In this document: in pieces, positions 1 to 13,807 of the stretch
Layout of the letters: each line of letters begins with the position of its first letter
Numbering within the stretch: position 1 is the first letter of the stretch
Assembly (NCBI RefSeq): GCF_006345805.1
Contig: NW_021832989.1
Coordinates: 1 to 59,234 of the forward strand
Direction: 5' to 3'
Length of the DNA: 59,234 bases
Source of the DNA: Octopus sinensis
Taxonomy: Eukaryota
The notes under the pieces: generated by a model
The model's input: the letters and a program-made list of their open reading frames with translations, nothing else
What the model was told of the DNA's origin: nothing
The model's database searches: none
Translations under genes and position numbers: made by a program

Positions 1-758
1 TGCTTATATGCTGAAAGACACACGCCGAATACATTCTTACCACTTCAAATATTTACTCTGCAAATAGTTACACAGGTTGATAGCGGGAAAGCAGACTTAC
101 TAAAAATTCATAAAATAATTGATAGTTTTGGACTGATCAATTTTCCTTCATCAGCAAAACACACTGAGCCAAATAAATGAAAATATCTATACACATCCTT
201 AGAAAAGCATATGCAAAATGCGAGTGCATATAAATATTCACAAATATATACGCATTGAATTTCACCCTTAAGGATAACTGTACCCTATACAATTATATGC
301 CTCTAGAAATGCATTTTACCTAAAAGGTTTTTATATGATGGTCACTGATAAAATTCAATAATTTTAAGAATTTTATCCCCTAATTATGTTTTAAATATAA
401 CCCATTCACTTTGGGTTACTTTATTTACCTCTGTTCTATACTGACCGAATACACATGTGTTCAGGTGTACTGCGAAATTCGATACATATATATTTGCGAA
501 TATTTATATGTACTCGAATTTTGCGTATGTTTTACTGAGGGGTATGCATAAATATTTTCATTTATTTTGCCCACTGTGTTTTGCTGATGAACGAAAAGTT
601 ACTAAACTAATCCAGAAATTGATCAGTCCCAAACTATCTGAATTATTTTATGTATTTTTAACCAGTCTGTTTTCCTACTTTCAAACTGTGTAATTCTTTA
701 GGGGGTGAATATTTGAAGTGGTGGAGCGTATGCGACGTATTCTTTCAGTATATAGGCA
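1..758. repeat. Long imperfect inverted repeat (arms 1-265 and 472-758), probably a PLE-terminus-type repeat
   Basis: The reverse complement of 1-265 aligns by eye to 472-758 (e.g. tattttcatttatt, tgtgttttgctgatgaa, aaattgatcagtcc, aatatttgaagtggt), with one ~20-bp indel. Both arms carry a ctgatga...aaac hammerhead-like core. Confidence 0.85.
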
Positions 759-979
759 TAATAGCCTATATAGTTTATAGACATATATATATAGAAATAC
801 GTAGGACATATTCTTTCAGTATATAGGCATAATAACTTTTGTGCCCTTAAGTACAATTGTACCCAATATAATTATATATATCTATAAATGTATTTTACCT
901 AAAAGGCTTTTATATGCTGGACCACTGATAAACTTCATTAATTTTAATGAGTTTTATCCTCTAATTATGTTTCATATAT
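265..979 (+). repeat. Direct repeat pair, ~135 bp (265-399 and 844-979)
   Basis: Both copies start cccttaag and share attttacctaaaagg, ttttatatg, cactgataaa and ctaattatgttt. Confidence 0.85.
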
Positions 980-995
980 GTGTTGCGTGTGTGTA

Positions 996-1048
<53 letters not shown>

Positions 1049-1827
1049 ACAAAAAAACAAATCGAGAATGCATACATTGAAATAATCGATATAATTATAA
1101 TAGTCAATTCCTGTTTCAATATATTGATTATTCTGTGATGCATTCTCAATTTTCTTTGTATGCTAAAACTGTTCTCTTCCATCGAAAAGTTGGAAACATC
1201 TATGGCGACAACTGAAGTTTCAGAAGAGTAAGGTACTAATATCGAAGAAGAATCAACGATAAACCCAAGTATCATACATATGCACATGTGGAATTTCCAG
1301 TATCGTTAATTGATATAGAGTTAAACAGGTATGCGCTTGGATAAATATCCATAGGAAAGAACATTCTCTTTCCACACAGATTTATATATAAATATATGTA
1401 TACATACACACATATATATATATATATATATATGCATCTCTCTCTCTCGCTATATATATATATATATATAAATGCATTTATTTGAATCTATATATGTTAT
1501 TTTTCATGAACTACTATAGACATGATTAATCTGAAGACAAAAGAAGTAGAGATGAAACGAGATCAAATACAAACAACAAGGTCAATGAAAGGAAATACGG
1601 AAATAGGGAAAAATTGGAACAAGCGTAAAAGAACTTAAACATAGGCGAATTATATACATTGTAGGAGAATAAGAAAAGACATAGATTTATTTGAGGACAT
1701 CTTCAAAATGAAAGACGTATCAGTTCAAAAGATTCGATGTTAATCTTCAACATGGCGAGCGTCTCTGTGTGCATGCGCGCGTGTATGAGCGTATGTGAGT
1801 ATGTGGTGTATGTATGTGTGTGCCTCT

Positions 1828-1880
<53 letters not shown>

Positions 1881-2204
1881 TGCTTGTTCTGTATTTGCAC
1901 CTCTAAAAAGAGAACTGACAGATTATTAGTGACTGAAGTGCTGACAAAATGTTTTAAAACACCCAAAAACGAATGGAAATATACAGCTCAGTAACACATC
2001 TATACCCAAAAGTACTTATCTGACACTTAAATGCACAGTCACTCATTGAATCAGACATATACATCTATACACACGCAAACACGCACATACATACTCAGAT
2101 AGTTACATAAACCTATGTATGTTTGCATAATACGCCATATATATATACTATGTGAGCATTTGTATGTGTGTGTGTATTCTCACCGACGTATGTGTGATAT
2201 TTGT

Positions 2205-2590
2205 GAAGCGTGGCTGTTTTAAGAAACTTGCTTCCCAACCACATGGTTTCGGGTTCAGTCTCAATGCGAAGCACCTTGGGCAACTGTCTTCTGTAGCCTC
2301 GGACGTACCAAAGCCTTGTGATTGGATTTGGTAGATGGAAACTGAAAGAAGCCACACACACACACACACATAGGTATATATATCTATGTGCGTGTGTTTG
2401 TCTGCTCTTCAGCGTTTGACTACCGGCGTTAGTGTGTAAATGTCTCCGTAACCAAGCAGAGACCGATTGAATAAGTACTAAGTTTAAAAATTAATTTCAG
2501 GGTCGAATTGTTCGACAAAAACAGATCAAGGCGGTGCTCCAGCATGGCCGCAGTCTACTAACTGAAACAAATAAAACAATAAAAGATTAG
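2205..2590 (+). mobile_element. tRNA-derived SINE family B, head plus 3' extension
   Basis: Head (gtggctg...aagaaacttgcttcccaaccacatggtttcgggttcagtc) has A/B-box-like spacing, followed by gcaccttgggcaa...ggaaactgaaagaagcc and the tail gcggtgctccagcatggccgcagtc. The same family recurs elsewhere in the window. Confidence 0.8.
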
Positions 2591-3072
2591 AAGAATATAT
2601 ATACATATATATATACGTATTTGTAGTGCAATATATGTATTCATGACTGTCACAGAAATCTCCTCTACACACACAAATACGCGCGCGTATGTGTGCGTGT
2701 GGGCATGTGTGTGTGTGAGCATGTTTGCATGTTTGTGGAATAGTAGGTTTGCTCGTGTATATCTACTGTAAACATTTTCTTTGATTCAATTAGATTGACG
2801 GAGAAGAAAATTGTTTTAATTAACTGAAACTTGCAGATGCCAAGTGATTCTTCCCTCACCGTTCTGAGACTATATGAAGACGGTAACAAACAATACTAAT
2901 AATGGTAATGCTAATGACAAATATAACGATGATGATAACTAAACAGGGTCTGTTTTAAATAATAATAATTTTTTATGGCTTAGGTAGAAAGTTAGAATTG
3001 TTGTGAAGTATTAGTCAATACCACAAACGAAGTATATGGCAGGTATAAATTGATGGCATGTACTGTTCTCTC

Positions 3073-3117
3073 AGCAATAATAATAATATAATAATAATAA
3101 TAAATAATATAATTATT

Positions 3118-3177
<60 letters not shown>

Positions 3178-3197
3178 TTATAATAATATATAATAAT

Positions 3198-3229
<32 letters not shown>

Positions 3230-3233
3230 TAAT

Positions 3234-3290
<57 letters not shown>

Positions 3291-3462
3291 TATAATAATA
3301 ACATAATAATAATAATAATAATAATTATAATAATAATAATAATTATATAATAAATAATAATAAATAATAATTATAATACATAATAATAATAATAATAATA
3401 ATAAAATAATATAATAATAATAATAATTATAGTAAAATATAATAATAATAATTATAATATAA

Positions 3463-3501
<39 letters not shown>

Positions 3502-3503
3502 TA

Positions 3504-3534
<31 letters not shown>

Positions 3535-3742
3535 TAATAATAATAATAATAATTATAGTAATAATAATAATAATAATAATTATAATAATAATAATAATAA
3601 TATAATAATAATAATAATAATATAATTATAATAATAAAATAATAATACTAATAATAATATAATTATCATAATAATATAATTATAATTAATAATAATAATA
3701 ATATAATATAATAATAATAATAATAATATAATAATAATAATA

Positions 3743-3818
<76 letters not shown>

Positions 3819-4047
3819 TAATAATAATTAATAAAAAATAATATAAAATTAATAATAATTATAATAATAATAATAATAATAATAATCAAATAATAATAAT
3901 AATAATAATAATTAATAATAAAATAATAATAATATAATAATTATAATATAATAATAAAAAATAATAATAATAATAATTATAATAATAATAATAATAATAA
4001 TAAAATAATAATTATAATAATAATAATAATTAATAATAATAATAATA

Positions 4048-4082
<35 letters not shown>

Positions 4083-4100
4083 TAATAATAATAATAATAA
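3073..4100 (+). repeat. ~1-kb degenerate (AAT)n microsatellite
   Basis: Direct reading; almost only A/T with a 3-bp period. Confidence 0.98.
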
Positions 4101-4101
4101 T

Positions 4102-4650
4102 GCCCTGATGCCAGTACCAGGCAGTGGCTCTCATGGCTTCTGATCTTAACTGATTGGAAGTGTTATCATGTACATGTGTTTGTCTTGGTATAAAAGATGG
4201 GCTACAGCAAATATTCTGCTCAATACCACAGATTTGCTTGTCAGTTGTTGACCTTAACCAGTTGAGCATGTCCCTTAGTGGCTGACGATATATGCATCTC
4301 TGATCACGAGCAGAAGTAGTGGGGGAGCATCATAGCCATGTGTTGAGAGGGATTCTTTGGGGTTTGAATAGTTCACCTCTGGAAACATGGGTGGTTCTTT
4401 CAACATCCTTAAACAACCCTTATTCAGGGACCGTGAGCAGGATGGGCCACTCAAAATGAAGAAAATTCTAACTGGGCCCCACCTGCAAGGTCATGTGCCG
4501 TTTATCTTGATATGAGATCACCATGTCGCGCACATATGGTTGTGATGCATGTGCCTGGTGTACCTTTATCAGACGGGTAGTCATGATGGGTATATTGGGC
4601 TTGTATATTTTACCCCAGTGTCACTTTGATGGCATGAACTGCTCTCACTC
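4102..4650 (+). mobile_element. ~550-bp (AAT)n-embedded dispersed repeat, copy 1
   Basis: Near-identical to 38561-39113 and to the reverse complement of 29028-29503. Begins gccctgatg, ends ctctcactc, flanked by (AAT)n on both sides. Confidence 0.9.
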
Positions 4651-4997
<347 letters not shown>

Positions 4998-5774
4998 GAT
5001 CCCTGCCCTATATAGGGTCTCTCATTTTTTTCCAACCACTTGAAGGTTTATCTTGAGTTGTAGCTCTAATTGAAAGGGGCCAGCCTTATCACATTCTGTG
5101 TGAAGCTGAATCTCTTTGAGAACTTCATTAATGGTATGCAAGTCTATGGAGTACTCAACCACTTGCACGTTAATTTTATCCTCGTCTGGTACTGAAAAGT
5201 GAAAGCGATAACCGGTATTTGCAAAAGTTATCTGTCTTTAATCTAACAATGTGTCTATGTATCTATGTATCTACTTTTCTTTCGATGTATATATCAGCCT
5301 ACTCTGAAAATACTGATAAACATTTAAGAGCGCAAAACGTCCGCCACCTTCCTTTCAGTCACCACTCATTGTCTCTCTCTCTGTTTCCGTCTTACATCCT
5401 CGCGGTCCCACTTTTAATTTAACAATGTGTGTATGTGTCTGTGTATATATGTATCTGTGTATATATGTATCTATTTTTCTTTCGATGTATGCATCAGTCT
5501 ACTCCGAAAATACTGATAAACATTTGAAAACGAAAAAAAAAAAAGGAACGCCACTTTCCATTCAGACACCAATCACTGTCTCTCTCTCTCTTTCTCTCTC
5601 AGTTCCTTTCTCCCGCTTTGGCACTCACATCAACTATACCTCCTTTGCTTAGCACCTTTTATTTCTCTTTTCCCTTGTACCTCTCCCTTCAGCCTTTTTA
5701 CCCCTTCCTCTGAAGTAAGTGTGGTACACACCACAGGTACGTACGTGTAAATACAAAAAGTTAATACATTAATA

Positions 5775-5920
<146 letters not shown>

Positions 5921-6375
5921 CAATACTCAGAGAGCGGAAACTTCCTCCAAGGCAACACCAACGTCCTCTCAACGATTAGCCGGAGATGATTTTTAAAATA
6001 AGAATAACAGAAATAAACTCGACTGCACTCACAAACGAAAATACTAAAAATGAACGCGACCGCTCCCCAAAATTAAGTAAAAATATCGGGAAAATAATCC
6101 AGAATCTTTATCTGGTACTTGATCGATCCCAATGGTAGTCATGTAATGTGAATGTGGGTGTGCGGGCTGTGTTTGTAAAGCTGTGTGTTTGTTGTCTGCA
6201 GTGGGAACAGGGAGAGTTTTCTCTATGAAGGCCTTTCTTTAAGTCTCTCCACTTAGTCTTTTAGTCTTTGCGACCATTAAGACCTTTAGTGAAGATTTTA
6301 CCCGTCCGTGAAAGAAAACGGAAAGGGCCTACATACGTTGCTGTTAACGGAGGTTTAACAACATCGTTTGTTTTG

Positions 6376-6459
6376 CCCCGGGTTCAGTCCCACTGCGTGG
6401 CACGTTGGGCAAAAACTTGTTAGTGGATTTGATAGGCGCACACTGAAAGAATCCTGTCG
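6376..6459 (+). mobile_element. SINE family B fragment (internally deleted)
   Basis: ccgggttcagtcccactgcgtggcacgttgggcaa...ctgaaagaatcctgtcgt matches the family B copies. Confidence 0.65.
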
Positions 6460-6775
6460 TATGTGTGTGCATGCGTGTGTATGTATGTGTGTATGTGTTT
6501 GCGTGTGTGTGGTACATATGTGTGTACATGCAGTTATTGTCTTTGCCTATAAACGTTTGATCGATTAGTAGATTGTAAGACATTTCACTCGCACGTGAAA
6601 TACGCTCGTCATATTTCAGGTGATTCTAATGAAAAGCGTCTGAAAGAATACGTGTGCTTTGTCTACGTAATAACAATAAAATAGACAATTAGCAACAGAC
6701 AGATACAAAAAATGAGTCTTTAAAATTTCATCTGTATAGATATGTGCATCTATATATATGAGTATGTATGTATAT

Positions 6776-7086
6776 CATCGTGATCATCGTGACCGACCAG
6801 GCTATCAGATGTTGCTTCACATCGCTGGTCACAATGCGCTTCGCATTGAGTTAGCCTTCAAATGACGCCACTCCACTGGCTAAGCGAGCAGGCCAACAGA
6901 AGAAAGAGTGAGAGAAAGTTGTGGTGAAAGAGTACAGCAGGGATCGCCACCACCCCCTGCCAGAGCCTCGTGGAGCTTTAGGTGTTTTCGCTCAATAAAC
7001 ACTCACAATGCCCTGTCTGGGAATCGAAACCGCGATCCTACGACCGTGAGTCCGCAGCCTTAACCACTGGGCCATTGCACCTCCAC
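6776..7086 (-). mobile_element. tRNA-derived SINE family C, apparently full length
   Basis: The minus strand starts gtggaggtgcaatggcccagtggttaagg...ggtttcgattcc (A and B boxes). A low-complexity 12-bp candidate TSD atgtatgtatat lies at 6764-6775 and 7087-7098. A second copy is at ~51968-52180. Confidence 0.85.
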
Positions 7087-7189
7087 ATGTATGTATATAT
7101 GCATGTATATCTGTATCGATATGTGTACGTATGTATGTATGTATGTATGTATGTGTATGTATGTATGTATGTATGTATGTATGTATGTG

Positions 7190-8966
7190 TCATTGTTCAC
7201 TTTTATTTCAAGATTTCTTGCCAATAGAGAAAGAGCGGTTTCTAACTTAGATCCAAGACTCCTTCATTGGAATTTCAACGTCAGTAACAGGGTATTTTTG
7301 TTTATATGTATTCGTGTATATATCTTATCTACAGCTACATGTTGTATAGTTAGATTAAGTGTCTTTATAACATCGGCTGATGAGATGAATATCTATCGAA
7401 ACAACTTCATATTCTGTTAACTTGTGAATATTTGATATTTTTAATGCAATATATTTGAGGTGAACCCAACTTCTTTGTTCAAATGACATAGATGTAAATT
7501 CCTCGTATTGACTATATGCCAAGTCGTTCTGCACTCTCATTAAATAGATATCTCCATTAGATGAACTAAAACTACTATTTTGCATTGTGATCTGTGTAGA
7601 CTTAATTCATCGCCCGTAGCTAAAATATTGATTAGGTCATTTTTCTTTTCTAATGATATTTTATCATACTCCATTAAAGAAATATAGTTCTTAAGAAGTA
7701 TTACAGTTGGAAGATAATGAGTCTCAACGAATTGAATAAAACAATATTAATTGCAAAACCATTCATTAAAGGCCGAAATAAAACGAATTTTATTTTCTGC
7801 TGGAGATGATCCTATCTTTGACACACAATGAAACAAGTCTTGAAGCATTTTCTGAGCCCCAGATAAACACCACTCTACTTGCGTCTAATATATCTACTGG
7901 ATATATTACTCTTTCTTTTGTCTCTTTAGAATTGTAAGAGAGGAAGTGTGTATTTTTGTATCGAAAGCCAAATAGTAATTTACGAAATATTTGCATGTAT
8001 ATAGCTTTGCATGTGCATGAAGCCCCGTCAAAGCAGTTTATTACAGAGTAAATAGAACAAGCATTTAAATTATACCTCGAAACATTTAATTGCACGATAT
8101 TTACTCCTAATCATAAAACGCCCAAGATCATCATGCCATACTAACAGTGTGAAAAAAACTGTTGCACATTGTGTTACAGAGAATATTCCTCCGAGTTCAT
8201 CTGCACTGGTCTTCTTAAGTCACTCAAAATACATGTTGTAACACGGCTTTTGATTGCGTGTCGAGAATTAGGGGTCAGATTTTGCATCAATGTGTTGCAT
8301 ACTCAGGTTTTCTGTAACTTATACTAAACATGATGTACTTAACAAAGAGTGCTCTTATGCTTGAGTTCAAGAACTTTGAAAACATTTTGAAGAATTTTTG
8401 TGTGTGTGTGTGTTTGCTAATGAGAGCCATCTTCAATACTTGTCAACAAGGGTCCAAACTCGTTCGATCTCGAAAGTTCTGCGTTCAATCTAAAGAACAT
8501 TCGCCAAATCTTCATAGATGCAAGAAGATATTTCAGACCTTAACTGGCAAACGGGCACAGAGATTTGCTTAATAACCGAATAAGGGTATATTGCATCTTG
8601 TTTGAAATTTTGCATTGCAGCAATTCAGATGATAGTAAAAAATATGTAGAATGTTTCGCCTGACTATCTAAAAGATTAAATTTAGATAATTTAGAAAATT
8701 TCATTTAAACTTTCTGTGTGCTTCTGTATGTATGTATGTATGTATGTATGTATGTATGTATGTATGTATGTATGTATGTATGTATGTATGCATGTAGGTT
8801 TGTATGTATGTATGTATGTATGTATGTATGTATGTAGTATGTATGTATGCATGTAGGTTTGTATATATATATATGTCATTATTCAGTTTTATTCCAATAT
8901 TTCTTGCCAATAGAGAAAGAGCCGGTTTTTAACCTAGATCCAAGACTCTTCATTGGAATTTCAACG
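7190..8966 (+). repeat. ~90-bp dispersed repeat present twice (7190-7280 and 8876-8966), each next to (TATG)n
   Basis: Shared tttcttgccaatagagaaagagc...tagatccaagact...cttcattggaatttcaac. Confidence 0.85.
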
Positions 8967-9046
8967 TACGTACGTACGTACGTACGTATGTATGTATGTA
9001 TGTATGTATGTATGTATGTATGTATGTATGTATGTATGCATGTATG

Positions 9047-9077
<31 letters not shown>

Positions 9078-9162
9078 GTGTGTATGTATGTTTGTATGTA
9101 TGTGTGCATGCATGTATGTATATATGAGTATATATGTATGATTGTATGTTTGTAAATAAATA

Positions 9163-9283
9163 AACAACAGATGGATAATGTGTCAATTCACTACAGCTGT
9201 TTCCAATGAATTTTCATCAATTAATCAATTAAAAATTTGTTGGAAACAGCTGTAGTGAATTGCCACATTATCCATCTGTTGTT
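9163..9283. repeat. Near-perfect hairpin: 44-bp arms with one mismatch, 33-nt loop
   Basis: Arm 9163-9206 (aacaacagatggataatgtgtcaattcactacagctgtttccaa) is the reverse complement of 9240-9283 except for one base. Confidence 0.95.
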
Positions 9284-9674
9284 ATTTCTTTGTGTATTCA
9301 TAATTCACCTCTCTCGCAACCTATTCCTTGCGTAGATCCGAGGCATATTATGGACCGTGCTTTTAGTGCGATTAACCTCAGTTGTTAACATCACGGATTA
9401 ATCTCAATGTTATTGATATACTCAGTTAGGTACAGTTAACCGTATACATAACCTCAATATCTTTCTGCCTGTGATTCGCTACCCGCCAGTAGTATGTCTT
9501 CCTCTATTTTTGTCCTGTACACGTTTTTACTTTCCACCCGATCCGGTGCTTTACCATTTAAGTGCCTGATTGACTTGAATCCTGATCTATTATATGTAAG
9601 TTTACATATATTACACACACACACACATGCACATGCGCGCGCGCATATATATATCTAATATATATATATATATA

Positions 9675-9725
<51 letters not shown>

Positions 9726-9736
9726 GTATATAATAT

Positions 9737-9773
<37 letters not shown>

Positions 9774-9793
9774 TATATATATATATAAAGTAT

Positions 9794-9824
<31 letters not shown>

Positions 9825-9850
9825 ATGTATGTATATATATATATATATAT

Positions 9851-9881
<31 letters not shown>

Positions 9882-10849
9882 ATACATACAGAGACAAAGC
9901 AGGAAGCCAAACAGACAGACAGTTAGGTCGATTGATTGATAGACAGGTGAATAAATCTGTTTCAGCTCCTCATCTATCAAGAATTGTGCAAGGTATACAC
10001 ACAAAGACATATATACACACACACAACACGCACACATACAAGAGATAAATCGATGGACATAGACTATATACGTGCAAATATGTATGTTTGCAATTATATG
10101 CGTGTGCACAACTGGCAGAAATATAAATGGGAAAATAAGCAGAAAGACAGAAAGCATTTCAGATATACCGTTAACTTTACACGTATATGTAGCATAATTT
10201 ATGTGCATTGTGCATTTATATATCTGTATATAGATAGAGAAGGGATACAATATTTGTGACAGCGAGCATATATTTGACCATGATTATATATTCTCAAATT
10301 AACTCGTATATATATTATTATTTACTCTCTCATTCAGTTCTCTGCTCACGACATCATCTGTTATGCGCCTATAATCTATATTTTTCTCATTTCTCGTTGA
10401 GTTTAGTCCCTTCCTATATTTAACTATTCATACTGAATTGCTTACAAATATTTTCCAATTTTACCACGCTCATATCTCAACATTTTCTTCCAATATTCTA
10501 CATATGGTCGAAACACATTTTTTTTCCCATTTCCTTTCTTTTCGCCTTTATATTGTCATCCATTCTATTCTATTGAGTAAATGAAACATACAGCAAGGTG
10601 AAGTTAAAACAAATAGTGATTTAATTGCGCGTTCTGGACACCAACAAATGGTATTTCTACGTCCCCGCGTTCAGATTGTTTGTCATTACATATTCTAATT
10701 AAGCTATAACTGGGACCCTGACGGGTGCTACTACTCCGGATTGGAGTACACTCGGGAACAATTGTGGGCAAGTGGTTTTCTGCACTCCTCAAAACCCTGG
10801 AGCTCCCGTAGCAGAGCCCCACTTCCGGGTGCTGTTTGTAGTCATACCC

Positions 10850-10850
<1 letters not shown>

Positions 10851-10880
<30 letters not shown>

Positions 10881-11168
10881 TGTATGTATGTATGTATGTA
10901 TGTATTATGTATGTATGTATATGTGTATGCATGTATGTATGTATGTATGTGTGTGTGTATGTATGTATGCATGCATGTATGTATGTATGTATATATGTAT
11001 GTATGTATGTATGTATTATGTATGTATGTATATGTGTATGTATGTATGTATGTATGTATATATGTATGTATGTATATATGTATGTATGTATGTACGTATG
11101 TATGTATGTATATATTATGTATGTATATATCTACATACACAATGAAACACACACATACACGTGTGCGC

Positions 11169-11215
<47 letters not shown>
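10851..11215 (+). repeat. (TATG)n plus (TG)n microsatellites
   Basis: Direct reading; source of the spurious MYVC and HTYI ORFs. Confidence 0.95.
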
Positions 11216-11218
<3 letters not shown>

Positions 11219-11627
11219 ACATACGCGCGCGCATATATTTATATAGGCACCATGAGTAACATGACTTACATAGATTAATAAATTAACTTTTATAAATTCT
11301 GTCACTATCTTTGCCTTTTTTTCGGTGCTAATATCCGTTGCTCTTCTTAATGGTTTCAACCATTTTATTATTTATTGAAACAGTGAACTGACAAAAGCAA
11401 GCAGCTTTACGCATATACTTTTAAGGACATTCGTTTCAGTCGGTAATAGGTGCAAGCATTTTGTTTTATTGCTTATGAAATAATCTTTAAAACGGGAATT
11501 AAGTCATATGTGTTGGAATAGCTAAATTTTGTTTTTGTACTTTAGATTTCAATATATATACATTGGTGGGCTATTAAGTTAGACTGGCCTGGGCCAATAA
11601 TGGCCGAAACCTATCAAAGTATCAAAG

Positions 11628-11662
<35 letters not shown>

Positions 11663-13807
11663 CATACATATTATATATATATATTATATATACATACATA
11701 TTATATATATATATATATGTATGTATGTATGTTGTATGTATGTATGTATGTATGTTGTGTATGTATGTATGTATGTATATATGTATGTATGTATGTATAT
11801 TGTATGTATGTATGTATGTATATATATATATATATATAGGAGTGGGTAGAGACAGAGAAGAGAAAGTGAGTGAGAGAAAGAGCATATGTACAGTTGATAC
11901 CCTAAACGTTTGTTTCCTCAAACTTCCCTAAAAATAACTATTTTTTAAACGACATTTTACAGAAATACATTTTCGAGAATGTGTATTACATAATGTTGAT
12001 ATTTCAAACATATAAACCTAAAAGGGAAGTGAAAAATAATAATGTTACAGAAATTGGTGATAGCAAAATCCTGGATGAAGGAAAGAACGGTTCAAAACTA
12101 CTCCACCCTCCCAAAAACTTCATTTTTCTAAGTTTTCTTAACATAATTACAATCTACTACATCGAAAACCTATTTCTACAAAATTTTATCTAAAAATCTA
12201 TATTTTTCAGAAAGTTAAGAGAATAAGAATAGGTACTGGAGCACCAAACTGGAGGTATGCCTCCTTCTCCCTATTTATTCAAGTGAAAGTCAAGGAGAAA
12301 GAGATAGATAGATAGATAGAAAGAGAGAGTGAGTGTGCGTGTGTGTGTGTGTGTGTATGTGTGTGTGTGTGTGTGCGTGTGTGAAATTCTATATTATAGT
12401 ATCAAGGTAATAAAGTAATATATGTTCCACTCAGAAGTGAAACGTACTTATTTATAGTCCAACCTGTAAAGAGCTGACCTAAATACAGTATATAATTCGG
12501 CGGCTTACCAACCTGAGACTTAATATCAATAGATATGACTTCTGTTATAGCCATACCTATCGTTTTACGACAAAAATTGTGTGCATATTATGTGCAAGTA
12601 TTCGTATGAACATCAGCACAATAAATTATGAAGATCGTTCGTGCACACACATATGCATAACTGCAATATAATAAGATGTCGAAGTTATTCATTTCGCTAT
12701 AATAGCTACCTCCGCAAATTTTGCCATTGATAAAAATCTGGTAAGAAAAAAAATGGTTATCTTCTTCAGATAAATGCGAGTAAATCTCTGTTTTACGGAA
12801 GATCGTAAAAGTAATCGAATGGTGAAAAGTAACGGAAACTGAAAACTTGGAATTAATACTTGATACACCATGGCTAGACAGGAGACTTCGAGTCAGCTAT
12901 TGCAGGTCCCTATCAATTACATGTAAAGAACTAAGGACGAATAACAAATAGGATCTAAAATAACCAAACTACTAGAAATATAATGCCATAGAGCTACATC
13001 AAAAACAACCTTCGCCTAGAAAAAGTTCGTTCAGTACCAACCATCAAAATCGCACATTAAAGTAAAAGACTGACCAGAGTAATGGATTCTTCTTTTGAAA
13101 AGACTATAAGCAAAAAAAAACCAAAAAAAAAACCGCGTCTGATGCGATAATAACAATAAACGGAAACAAACATACTTCAATTTTACATATAACTGAAAGT
13201 GCAGTTAAAAGTAAACTTCGTGAGAACAATTACAAAACGAATCGAAATGAAACCTACCACCGTGATGAAATCTGCGATGGACCAGAAAAATATAGACATA
13301 CTCAAAAAAAGTATAGGAAAATTAGACTAAATTCTTTCGAACTGTGGTTCCGCTAGTTGTACGTGTTGAATTAATGTGTGTGTGTGCGTGTGTGTGTATG
13401 CATGTATGTCTGTATGTGTGTGTATGTGTGGGCGTTTGTGTAGTGTACTCTTTCGTAATGGTAAAACCAATAATAAAAGCACCCCATCTGGTGAGAGATG
13501 AATATTATTTAATAAATATATGTATTTATGTGTTACTATTAGGTTCATGTGCTGAGAGCATGCCAGTGTTTTTTTAACACGTCTGGTGTCCTACCACAAA
13601 CATTAGATACTCTACATGTGGCACAACGAACTAAAAATAGGACAATAGAACGAAAGAAAAAGTGAGATAAGGCGAGAAAGAAGCAGATATAGAAGACGGG
13701 AGGTTGAAAAACCAGAAAACGAAAAAGAAATCAGTAAGAAGCAAAAGGGGAAAAATTAAAATTATTTTCCCTTAGGCCGTAAAATATAAGGTTGAAAAGA
13801 TAGTGCC

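Noticed and set aside
7290-8400. Minus-strand ORFs 7355-7585 and 7790-8095 as a gene or transposase
   Set aside because: Protein-like composition, but no motif I can name; probably a decayed repeat. A profile search is needed.
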